This document shows, in pieces, positions 42,496-54,970 of a DNA stretch of 64,000 bases; the first letter of the stretch is position 1, and the number at the start of each line of letters is the position of its first letter. The notes under the pieces were generated by a model, which saw only the letters and a program-made list of their open reading frames with translations, was not told where the DNA came from and did no database searches. The translations under genes were made by a program, and so were the position numbers. Origin of the DNA: Trichoplax sp. H2 (Eukaryota); NCBI GenBank assembly GCA_003344405.1, contig NOWV01000126.1:124001-188000 (forward strand), in the 5' to 3' direction.

Positions 42496-45400
42496 TTATA
42501 AATTACAATTCCATCCGCAAAGCATATCGGCTACAATATTTAAGCGATCCTGACCAAATATTAGAGTACCGTCGTTGACTTGAAAAGCGGGTACACCGAA
42601 CGCTCCAGCTTTTAAGGCGCTAGTTAATAAATTAATTATTAATGATAGATGAGTTAATACGACATAGTCAGATACGCGTAAATACTGATATTGATAAATT
42701 TGAGTTCATAAAGTTGTTATCCTACCGAGACATATTTTGTGCAAACTGATCTTTGATATTATCTTCTTCAGCTTTTGATAGAATGTCTTTAGCGTCATAC
42801 CCAGCTTCTTCTATAACCTCAGCAACTACCTATTTGACACGAATTGAAACTGAATTTTGTTTACAGTTGCATAGATAACTTCTATACGAGATAGCATTTC
42901 TAATTTAATAACCTTATCATCACTTAGATCACGATCTGCTGTCCAAAGCTCTTGAACTAGTTTCCAAGTCGATAATAACAATAAGATTTACAGCGGTATA
43001 CGTATTAAATGGATTGGTAAGATAAAATATGGCAAAACAGGATATATGCTAGTGTATGAGTAATTCATGATTTGCCAGCTTACATATTTTTCTACGTAAA
43101 TCTGCAGCATCGTTAACGAGAATCGCACGAAGCGTAGTGGTAGATATGTATGGAAACTTTGAGTTAAACTTGAATGGCATACCACCGCGGAGCGCTATTT
43201 GCATTTGCATGTCTCTACCGGTGGCTTTTAAAAAAGCTGGATTAGCAGCATCCAGAGCTGCCTCCTTTTTATAAGCATATCAATAACTTTCAGATTTAAT
43301 TTGATATCAAAATTGCAAAGCTATTTTGCAATATTCTTCGGTATCAACTTACAACTGGTGCTTTGTTTGCTTGGATTAAACCTGGTAGCGACACAGGTAC
43401 CCATTCTACATCTACAGTTACAGGCTTTAATTGTTCTACCAAACGTTCGATCTAAGTTTTTAGAACCATTTATATTGCAAATTTATTTATTCGTTTAAAA
43501 ACGAAAAAAATTTAAGCAAAACTAATTTACCGCAACGGCTGCTATATAACTCCATGGACTCACGAAATCGTAATAAAATGTAAGTTTAGCTCTATGACCA
43601 GGAGTCGCTGAACTTGGTAATCTTAGTCTCAATTCTGAGGCTTGATTATTGCCCAGCTCTCTTTCTACAAAATATAATCGATCGGGTCCAAAATATATTT
43701 TGCGGGAGACACGAAAGCTAAGTAAAGTACATTATAATGGCATTAATAACAACAAATATAAATACGTATATGTGCGTTGCAGTGATGAATGCAATAGAAA
43801 GATGAACTTTTATCAAGATATTACCATGGTACACGAAATATACCAAGTTTATTTGCTTCTTCATTAAGTTTTTTCAACGGTTCTTCGCCTCTAGCTATCT
43901 GTTGCTGTACATTTAAGCTCAATCCTGCTTCCTTAGCAATATTCTCCAGTACCTAACATAATAATGGCATCAAAATATCAACGCCTTATCATCTAATGAT
44001 ATTATGATGGTTTGTAACAATGTTAAATTAAGTCTTTAATTTCAAAGCCAGGTACCGATAGCTACAATTCATGTTGAAGGGCATATTTGTTACTAACACT
44101 AAATCTCTTTAGAAGATAGACAGTTCGCATCGTAAATCCTGTAATTCTACCTTACTATCTTGAATATCACAATCTTTTAGCCAATAGTGAGAGAATAAAG
44201 CCAACGATAGCTTTTCTCTGTCCCCGTTATTATCAATAGAAGCTAATAGCTTCTGCGGTGTACCATCTTGATCTTCATATCGAGGAGAGCGATTGATTGG
44301 AACATTATATCGTTCACACATCATTTTTAGATCTTTAAATTTTTAGATAATACGAGGTTTATTAGTAACAGTATGCGGTAATCTTTAGATGGTAAGATTT
44401 CAAGTTGATCTATTATAGCAAAGTTTAGGGAAGGAACAATTAACTGTATATATGAGTATGGATATTATATTGTGTTATTGATTGATAACCTGAACGAACA
44501 ACATCATTGCTAAGTTCGGTAAACCGGAAACACAATTTTAATGATTTGCATTATACAATTAACTAAAATCTATATTTTCATAAATACTACGCAAACGTGA
44601 TGTTAAAGATTGCAGCATGCTTGCGCGTAAGTTATGTTTTAATCATTCTACCTCTTTCCATCCAAACTTTCTTTGCGGAACAATCACCTTTAACTATAGG
44701 TGATCCAACACCGGCGCGATCCTTAATAGAGTCTGGAATCAAAGAAATTTACAATTTGTTTTAGTTCTGTGTCATTACGATTTTATTCGTAAATATTTAG
44801 GCGGATGTTGAATAAGTATATTCATGACCGTACGAGTGCAGTAGTTATTACATTTTCAGTAGGACTACTAAAGTGATTATAATTATTGCCAACTATATTC
44901 AACTTGTTATAAAGCAAAATTGATTCTGTAGCAAGCAGGATAATTTCGAAGTGATACCGTAAAAGTGAGGTTTTACATAGTAGCAAGAATCGATCGTACT
45001 GTAATGGGGGTTACATCGTGCATGAAATTATTTTAAAAGAGTAAAAATGATAGGTATTAAAAATTTAGCTTTCAGCTACAACCTCATCGTAGATATTATA
45101 CTTTACTGTATATTCCTGATTATCAAAGCATAAGAAGCACAGTTTTTCTTCAAAATTTTAGACGTAGTACGTTCTAAGTAATACTAATAATTCTCATTAC
45201 TGCATTTCATTCGGCATACAGTATTGCTGTGACCACCAAAACGATTCTATTTATAATTCGATTTACCGTAACTAAGAGAAGTTATAATATGCCACTACCA
45301 GGGACTACTGAAGAGAGAAGACATACGGTTATGAAGCCATCTTATATGTACTATTTTACGATCATTTATCATTACGTTATCAATCCAAGCTAATAGAGAT

Positions 45401-46112
45401 AAATCTATTACTGTACGTGAAAATAAAATCTTGGCAGCAACTATTTTGCGGTATGAACTGCATGAGTATTCCTTTGCAAGATCATTGCTATTCAGATCAG
45501 TAGCAGATTAAATTACTGAAGATGTTGCCATAATTTTAGGATATAAATATTTCCGTGATGTATCGTAACACCGTATTACAAGGACACTCGAATAGATTAT
45601 TTGCTTTATTTTATTGCTGTAGATGTTACATAGAAGTTGTGATGTAATCGCAGAGAGAGCAACGAAAATAAAGTAGGGCTAAGTAGTTTATTAATTTAGC
45701 ACTACTCAGACAATATCTTAGCGCTATAGTAGCATACCGAAGAAGCATATTAATTATATTATCAACTACAGTGCCGTACACTATAGAAATAAATCTGATC
45801 GGGGACTACTTGAGAAATAAGTAATCTCTGGCTCTACTCGATGTAGTCATGATCGCAGTTCAGATGTTGTCCATCGTATTTAAACTGTTTACTAGCAGGA
45901 GAAAATAAAAATTTTGTGATGTGGAGAGGAATATCAAGCACATCGATTCTATCAAATTAGAAGATATGTGGCTCGCACTTTGCATTACCTAAATAAATTG
46001 GCATCCATTGAATTTTTATCGGATTTTCTCGGGGTATGGAACGGAAAGCAGAAACTGCTAAATAGGAAAATGGGCAAGCAATATCATAATAAAACTCGAC
46101 CTCGCTAGCCAT
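42496..46112 (-). CDS. Tandem two-domain DsbA-family / glutathione S-transferase kappa / 2-hydroxychromene-2-carboxylate isomerase-like protein, paralogue A (10 exons, 417 aa)
   Basis: Exons 46112-45989, 44732-44652, 44332-44151, 43952-43825, 43717-43531, 43451-43353, 43264-43084, 42956-42913, 42829-42726, 42619-42496; all introns GT-AG; total 1254 nt in frame. Motifs FYYDIACPFSY...GIFRVPCF...FGPDRL, then FYYDFVSPWSY...GAFGVPAF...FGQDRL; ends WNCNL. Confidence 0.9.
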
Positions 46113-47631
46113 CTTTGCTTTCAGTCCTGCATCTGCATACGGATTCTCAAATTGTAACAATAATACGATGACACAGTCGATGCTTAATTTATTGCAGACG
46201 TAGTCATGTTTACTGTTAAGTGTTTACACTTATTTCCTGTAGTCTAAAGTATAGTATTGTGAATACAGTTAGTACTTTATCTATTGTTACTCGTATAATC
46301 GAACTTTAAAAATAATATCATATGATTATGATTCTTTTTGGACTTTGGACATCTTTGACCTTCTACTAAGATGTCGAGGACATGTGATACAATCACATGA
46401 GTAGTATAACACCATGACTGAACTGTAAACATGGTTCTTCTAGTACTGTATACGCGTCTATCTGTATGCAATATGCACATTTGTCAAAGTACAAATACAC
46501 CATAAATAATGACATACAGTAGATTAAGTATTTATGTCGTAATAGGTTTCTGCCTATATAAGTTCGGTTGACTAAACTTTTTATCATTGAGGTTTAATTT
46601 TACCTGTTGCTCGTTAATAACTGATTTTGTAGTTTTTACGAGTAAAATAGCGTTGATCGTATTAGTTAGAATAAAGTAAAAGTAGCTCAATATTCTGAAG
46701 TTTGCCTGTGTGACTGCAGTGCAGGAGGGTAGTTTTATGCTAAAACTAAAATAGTAGTTGATAGTAGTAAATTAGAAGAGCAGAATACTTTGCTTTATCC
46801 TTGTCAGGAGAGTAGTCCGTGACAACAGTAGACAGTATAACATTTACAATATAGCACAGTCAGGAACTTCTAAGCGGAAACATGCATGCAAAATAAAAAG
46901 TACGAGTACAGTAAGCAAAATACAGTTTAACGAGCGATGCATCGACTAGTCGAAATTAATGCACATTATACAGTACTGATTCTAAACCTATTCTATATCA
47001 GTAGCAGCATCAACACAACAGATATCAATCAAAATCAGTACGGGAACCTTGAAAATGCATATCAGAGCATCTATGCTGCAGACTACCCGCTCGGCAATTT
47101 TAACCTTAAAGATGTTGTAGAACCTTATGTTAAGATCTTTTCGTTTAGTTCCTAGTTCGCCACTGTTTCATTCGTATATTTATCCTACATCTACAATCTA
47201 CAATGTCAAGAAAGATTGTAGACCTTCCTTGTTAAATATATGTCTGATTTTCTTGCAATAAGATTAAAAGAATTCGCTCCAGTATACAGATCATAACTAC
47301 TGGTACAACCATGAACTACTACAGTATATCTACATTGTACAGAGAAATAATGGTGCACTGTACGGGACGGTATAGTCCAGTTCCAGTATTATAGCATGTC
47401 ATAACTTTGCACATTTTTATATTATGGTACCTTAAGTCAACGATTATTGTCTGTAAATATCAATTTTATTAATAGAGAATTTTAATCTTCGGCTATAGTA
47501 TTGTATCTATTGATACTGGCTACAGCTTATATTCGAGTGCATGATATGAAATCTGAGCGTAAAAGCTACCTGAAATATTCATTGATTAGTCAGAATGAAA
47601 TTGCATCTACTGTAAGAATACTAGCTTATAA

Positions 47632-48196
47632 TTACAAATTACAATCCCATCCGCAAAGCATATTGGCTACAATATTTAAGCGATCCTGACCAAATATTAG
47701 AGAACCGTCGTTGACTTGAAAAGCGGTTACACCGAACACTCCAACTTTTATGGCTCTAGTTAATGAATTAATTATTAATGATAGATGTGCGTATACTGTA
47801 CGCAGATAGATGAGTTAATACGACATAGTCAGATAGGCGTAATTACTGATAATAATAAATTTGAGTTCATAAAGTTGCCATCTTACCGAGACATATTTTG
47901 TGTAAACTGATCTTTGATATTATCTTCTTCAGCTTTTGATAGAATGTCTTTAGCGTCATACCCAGCTTCTTCTATAACCTCAGCAACTACCTCTGTGACA
48001 CGAATTGAAACTGAATTTGTTTATAGTTACGCAGATATGATAAAGTGTCTTCTCAAAAATACAAAAGAACTACAGCTTCTTGTAAACTTCACTTTATTAC
48101 ATAAGATTACGTTTCATTGTTGTAACTCTTTCCATCCTGATGAGCAATCGCTTTTAACTAGCGGTGATCCGATACTAGTTCGATTTTTAACAGAGT
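47632..48196 (-). pseudogene. Truncated, rearranged duplicate of paralogue A (exon 2 remnant plus exons 9-10)
   Basis: Exon 10 copy 47755-47632 (GVPAF changed to GVTAF) and exon 9 copy 47990-47887 are near-identical to A, including intron 9 and 3' flank (to ~47450). Exon 2 copy 48196-48126 is 10 nt short (frameshift) with the donor lost; exons 3-8 absent; no exon 1 found. Confidence 0.85.
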
Positions 48197-49323
48197 CTGG
48201 AACGAAAATATCTGCTATCGGCTTTTGTTCTATACAACGGCGATATCACCGTAAATGGTTATACAGTCGGTGATAAGCAAGATAATGCTGAGCTGATATT
48301 GTAACATATGGGCTTTGCAAAATAGCAGTAAAGATTCTAGGCATGGTAATTTCAAGGTTATTCTAGAGATAAATTATAAATCAGGGACTTTTTAAAATCG
48401 TGAAAATCCATCAGAGAAGTTCTAAAATCACAAAGTGCTGCGTAGAATTACAGTAACGTTATTTGATGTAAGTTTATAGGAATTACTGTAATCGCTAACT
48501 GCGAATTCGTTTACTTTCTATACATCTCCCAAAAAGCAACGCTATTATTTATTTCCCGCAAGTTATCTCAAACGGGGTTAGACAGTAAAGTATACTGAGC
48601 GTAAATTGATACTTCATTTTAGAATTAAATCTGCTACGGAAATGCAGCATATCAAATGTTTATGTTTGTATGAGCATCTTGTAGTATACTGTACTGTACA
48701 TACTGTATAGTTCAGTATAGTCAGGTGTCTCAATTGCAAGTCCCTCATTAAGAACAGTAGTTGGACATTACAATTTGTTGTTGATTTTTAACCCCGCAAA
48801 ATGCAGTAGGCGTCACTGGTACTCCGTTATAGCATGTTGATGCTATGTAGGCGTGCATTTAAAGGTAGATGATTTAATTATGATATCCACGATTGCTTAT
48901 CTTCTTGTCGTATTCGTGTAGTGTCATTATCAATAATAGCTATTTATCCATGTGATATACTGTACTGCATAGCAATCGATAATGCATGCAAATGCAAACT
49001 GATGATGTTATTCTACTGTACTGTACTATATACTGTACAATCTGGCATATGCAGCAGGCTCTGTCGGCTAATGAAGAGCATAAGTTGTGTACACTGTAAG
49101 CAGTGAGTCAGCGAAAGTAAGCCCGTCGACGGCCTTGCTTAGTGGAATAATTAGGCCAGAAGAAATGGTCAGTAAACTAGTCCATTTTATGCTAACTTCT
49201 TCAAAGTCATTTGTCTATCGTACAGTATGCGGATCAAGATGTTCATTTGTATAGTGTTCAGTAGTCAGGAACCAACTGAATCACTCCACCAGCATTCTAC
49301 AGTACAATAAGTGTACAGTACTA

Positions 49324-49855
49324 GAGTTCATACTAACAAATGTATTGAAGGTTGGTACTACTCTCAATCAGCATGGAAGACAAGAGATTGTACACGTAGT
49401 TGAAATTAGTGTAAAATTAATCAACTACTAACTCCTATTCTCCCTTTCTTGTACAGTATTGAAAAAGCGACGGCTTCTATACGTACGCCGTTCACACTTA
49501 CAACGCATTATCTTAACAAAATCGAACAAATATAGCGAAGTATATCATAGGGTGGACCGTGCACACTGTACAGGAAGTGGTTGTACTATTTGGAGTTAAT
49601 ACGAACAACTGTGTTGAAGGTTCGTGCTGTACTACTCTCAATCAGCATGGAAAACAAGAGATTGTACACGTACTGTAGTTGAAATTAGTGTAAAATTAAT
49701 CAGCAACTAACTCCAATTCTCCCTTTCTTGTACAGTATTGAAAAAGCGACAGCTTCTATACGTACAGTACGCCGTTCACACTTCCAACGCATTATCCTTA
49801 CAGTATGTAATAGAGTGGACAGAGTACACAGTACTGTACAGTAAGTGATTGCATT
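49324..49855. repeat. Tandem duplication, 2 units of ~270 bp
   Basis: Copies start ~49324 and ~49593; both contain ctactctcaatcagcatgga...gccgttcacactt. Confidence 0.9.
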
Positions 49856-50419
49856 GCCATCAATTGACAATAACGCTCAGTCGCCTACAGACTACAACAA
49901 CACACCTATAGTAAGCACAACTTTGGACATCGGCGCATGACCAGAATTTGGACACCTTTGACCTTTTCAACTCACCAAGAAAACAGAATCGAGCACAGTA
50001 CTGAACTGTACTGTACAATGTGTTTCTTTTCGTTTCCAACTTTTGCATGGCCAATGATTACTATGTGCTTCGACTGTTCTCGCATCGCTATAAAATGGCA
50101 TAAAGTGAAGCAATTTTACCTTAGTTTCAGTAATACTAGTACAAACTCACGTCGCTTTGCTGACGGTTTACGATAATGTTAATAAATTTCTCTACTTCTG
50201 AGTCTGAAAGAAAATAAACACATTAGTACTAGACGTGTTCAGTACAATACTCACTTTTTACAGTACAAATACTGTACAATACACTGTACAGGACAGTACT
50301 GGATACTGTAATGATTGATTATATGGAACAGTATAGTTTATAATTATTTATTCCCCAGTACAGTACAGTAGTGGTGAGACACTTGCTGGTGCACATTGCA
50401 ACAACAATCCTGAGAAAAT

Positions 50420-53400
50420 ATGGCACGTCTGGTAGAATTCTATTATGATATTGCATGTCCATTTTCCTACGTTGCAACGTATTCATTGCGTTCACTTCTT
50501 AGTAGAAGTGATGTAAAGGTAATTTGGAAGCCTGTTCATTTTGGTAAGTTCTCCATTTTTACTGTTTCTTCTTTCTAAATGTACTGCTACACCGTATACA
50601 AAACCAAAACATCAGTCAATCGAATTGTAACCTCCCCATTTTGCGCACAGATCTGCCCATCTCTTTTTCCTCGTCTTATAGTAGTCTCGAGTTACACACT
50701 GTTCAATTGTAAAGTTGTACATCATTTCAATTTCAACAAGTGAATACTATCGGGTATAATGAATGAATTTCACAGCTTTATACCATTGCATTATTCGTAC
50801 TAAGCCTCCTAAAGTGGTCATATTTCAAACTCTGTCTGTCGACAATGTCCTATGCTTATTGCATACTCTCTACTTTTATAGAATAATCGGATCGTATTTC
50901 TACAGCATTTAATATCCAAGGATCTTGTACATGACATGCTAGACTAATAGTAATTGCGTGTGTATGTCGATTCATTTTCAAGTTGCTGTATCAGTGCTAG
51001 CTTGTTGCGAGTCTTTAACATTATAATTTACATTAGCTAAATAATGTACGATATTCCACTTACAGTGACTACCCTGCATTGATCAACGTTATAGTTAGAT
51101 GAATTTTGCTATGCACTTATTCTATTTTATGTGGATGTAGGAAGCATAGACCCCGGCACCGTTATTGGATCACCGATAGTAGATCGTCCTAGCTCGTCGA
51201 AGTCAAATTGGATCTATCAAGGTACTACTACCAAAATCAAATGGATATAGCTGAAACTTCTATAAGAAGCTGATGAAAGCCTACATATGCTCTTTGTGTT
51301 TAAAATATAAATCAGTTTAATGTTCAGATCAACACTGTCAGCTATCTTATCTTATATAAGCTTAAATAGAAAGAGCAAATGTTAGTTAAGTTTTGTGATG
51401 TATTAGCTTAAATGCAATGACTGCAACAGATCATGTTGAGTGAGATTTATTTACAATTGAAGTTACTCTGGGAATTGCAAATAGAACATTTCCCTTTACT
51501 TGTATACTCTTCTTCAAGTATGGCTAAATATTTGAAAGTTGAGAAACTTACCTCAGCATGCACTTATGTACCATATTTAGACGGCCAGACAGATACTAGT
51601 TTCAAATGTCGAAAACAGATTATTAATAGCTTCTGTTTATCTCAATGAATAGATTTACAGATGATGATTAGCAGACTGCAAGTTCCCATTAGGCGACAAG
51701 CGAAACATTTAGATCAAGGAGGAAGTGTACAGAGGCTGCTTGCTTCAATAGATGATAATAGTAACCGTCAAAAACTATCGCTGGCTTTATTTAGACACTA
51801 TTGGCAAAATGGAGGAGATATTCAGAGCATACAGGTTATTACTATTTCAATACAAAACGATTATATTTGTATGTTATATTATATTAGTTATAGGCAACAA
51901 TTCCATCGTACGTAATAAAATTAGACATAATGTGGTTAATTGTATGTTAGATTACGCACACTAAAATAACGTAGCAGCTTTAAGTAAAAGAGATTCATCT
52001 TAAATCAGTTTTAGAATTTACATTAACAATCAAGGGCTATTCGAGCAGTTTTAGAGGATACTATCGATATTAAAAAGCGTAAAAAGTGATTTCTTTCTAA
52101 AGGAAAAAGTAGGATCTGGTTTGACCAACTGCATGCTAAATGGACTTGCCTAAAAATTGAATAACTAATTTTCTATTCCGAGCTCGAACCATATAATACT
52201 TCTTAGCAATACGGTTATATTCTTCAAAATTATTCTAAGATTTTCTATATTTTCGTTACTATTGAAGAATTTGAAAGAAGTAGCCCTCGATGTGGGACTA
52301 TCCATGGATGTTAATAAACAGATTGAAATCGGTGCTGATAATTTAAACAATTTCAATACTGAATCAACCAATAAAGGTGTCTACCGTCTACCAGGGTAAG
52401 CTCGGGATAATGGATTCTCTATCTCAAATACTACCGTTGCTTGCTTTGCAAACCAATAGAATTGCATAAAATCTTAACATCTGTACGCGTACGTACGAAT
52501 ATGTTATTTATAGCTTCTTTGTTGACGGCAAACTTTATCATGGAATGGATCGATTGCATTTTGTAGAGAAGATTCTTGGTAATCCATCGGCTAGAGAGTT
52601 AAGATTAGCACTACCGAATAATGTAGCTGCCGACCATAAGGCTAAACTTACCTTCTACTTTGATTTTGCCAGCCCATGGAGTCACATTGCTAATACTTAT
52701 GTATATGATTAAGAATTAGATGCTTTCAGCTAGCCTATCTGATACAGAGCATACCATAGAATGATGATATAACATTGCACTATCTTTGCCCTTAGATGTC
52801 CTCTTTCTTGAAAGAATTACATCCAGTAAATGTTGAGGTTGAATATGTGCCAGTAATTTTAGGCGCTATTATGCAAGCACTAGGCACTTCAATTGTAAGT
52901 AACATTGGCTATGTTCAAATCGCAACCACAAAATCTAGTTTGTGTCCAATACCAGCAGAATTGAAATGATCATTAAGTAGTGGTGCGTAATACTGTTGCT
53001 AGATTCCGGTACAGAAGATACAGCGATCGAAAGTTCGTGCAAGCAGAGCAGATATGCATGAATACCTTCACCACTTTGGAAATATAACTCTTAAAATGAA
53101 TTCTCATTTTCCTATACAAACGTTGATGTCTCTTCGAGTTGCTATAGCTAATGATAGCGCAGATCTTCGAAGAAGAATATGTATGTGGTTATTACTGTTA
53201 GTGCCGTTATTACAAGAAAAAATTTTTTATGTAACAGCTTTACTATGATAATTTTACTAATAGTTGAAGCAGCTTGGATCAATAATCAGAACATTTCTAA
53301 GACTGAGGTGAATTATCACTATAGGGTTATTCTTTTTAGATTAATTATCGTTTATTTTAGTTTATTTTTTATTGGCTTTGATTCGTAGGTACTAGCCGGA

Positions 53401-53716
53401 ATTATTGAAGAGGCCGGCTTAAATTCGACAACACTTCTTAAGCAGGCACAAGAAGCGAGTGTGAAGTCACAGCTTAAAAATAATGTTATGCGGTATGCTA
53501 GTAAAGGCCTATGTAAAGTGTTGATATCATGATTGGCTGCAGAATAGATTATAAATTTTGATCTAAATTTATAGCGCAATCAAAGCTGGAGTTTTTGGCG
53601 TGCCGAGCTTTCAAGTTAACTCAGGACCTACAATCTTTGGTGCGGACAGAATGAATATCGTTGCTGATATGATTTGCGGTTGGGAATACGTACCAGGAAA
53701 TAATTCTAAACTATAA
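50420..53716 (+). CDS. Tandem two-domain DsbA/GST-kappa/HCCA-isomerase-like protein, paralogue B (10 exons, 422 aa, C-terminal SKL)
   Basis: Exons 50420-50543, 51141-51221, 51653-51834, 52268-52395, 52514-52700, 52796-52894, 53003-53180, 53264-53307, 53389-53492, 53575-53716; GT-AG; 1269 nt in frame; same intron phases as A. Motifs YYDIACPFSY, GVYRLPGF, HGMDRL, YFDFASPWSH, GVFGVPSF, FGADRM; ends GNNSKL*. Confidence 0.9.
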
Positions 53717-54970
53717 AAAGACGCGAAGTAACTATTCGTCTCAAAAGACGTAAGATATCGTATCTCATTAATAAGTTGTTAATCGCTATTAAGTGATATG
53801 ATAATTGCTAGCGTATCGCCATCGCTATATTTCATGCTATAACGACCGATTAATGGTTATGCTTTTATTAAAATTAGGTATGAACTCTAGAAAGGAATGT
53901 AGTTTATTGTTCTAAAAATGTGAATGGTATCGGAAGAAAAAGAATATGTTCATCTTGATAATTGAAACTCTATGGCTACCATTATTTCTGAAGGAACACA
54001 ACTTCGTAAATTTTTATGATACATCGGTGGAGTCTTAACAACTCTAAAGTATGACTGTCTACCTACGGAGCTGCATGTTTTTAAAGAGAATGCAAATGGA
54101 ACTTATTTTTATCTAGCTGAATGCCAATCACGTATTAGTTGCCTTTCGCATTATAATGTCAGATTTACCTTAAGGTTTATAGACTACTGTAAAATCTAAT
54201 GTTATAATGGATGAAATATCTCAAGCACTGGTAGGCTAAAATCGCATTCGTAATCTCAGCAATTAAGATACTATACCTGTGTTAATAAATTTTTGGTGAT
54301 GATGTAGTTATATTGTAAACCCCTTAATCGCTGAAAAGGGATTCTGAATTCTGTGTTAAAATATCAGTAGAATAGGATGTATTGCTGCTATGTTAATTGG
54401 TAAGTAAATAAATACAATTGCAATATCTTTGATAATAAATTAAATTTTATCAAATAAGTTTATCGACAGGATTATTATAGCTTCTGGAAGGGAATACTGA
54501 TTGGGAATTTAGTCACTTATGCAATAACTTAAGGCAGTTATGTAAGTCTGCTTCGATTTTTATTGTCTCCATTGTTCTAAATGAAAAAATATTCATATGA
54601 CGGGTTCGCATGCTCAAGCAGTGCATTATGGTGACCATACAAATATTGCTTTATTGCATTTATAAGCAATGTAGAAGCAATATACTAACAAAGTAAAATT
54701 AAATCTTTCGTACGTATACATACTATCAGCCCCTACATAGGAAGTGCAAACCGTGTTTCTGAAATTTATTCTATCAACCTGGAAAGATATAGTAGCCAAC
54801 AAACGTAACGTATACTGGTATTTAAAGGCTAAGCATCAGGAATTTAAATAGCGGTAGCTTCCTGCAAGACTTAACACTTTGATAATTAGAAATTTATATT
54901 AATTCGTAACTAATTGTTACAGTATCATTATAATAGTAAACAAAAATCAAAACTATGAAAGACATCTACA

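Noticed and set aside
46372-46824. Possible solo LTR ending GTAGTCCGTGACA with internal AATAAA
   Set aside because: No matching 5-bp TSD or confident left boundary
47914-48273. 119-aa ORF on the + strand
   Set aside because: Antisense shadow of pseudogene exons 9 and 2 plus filler DNA; non-ATG start
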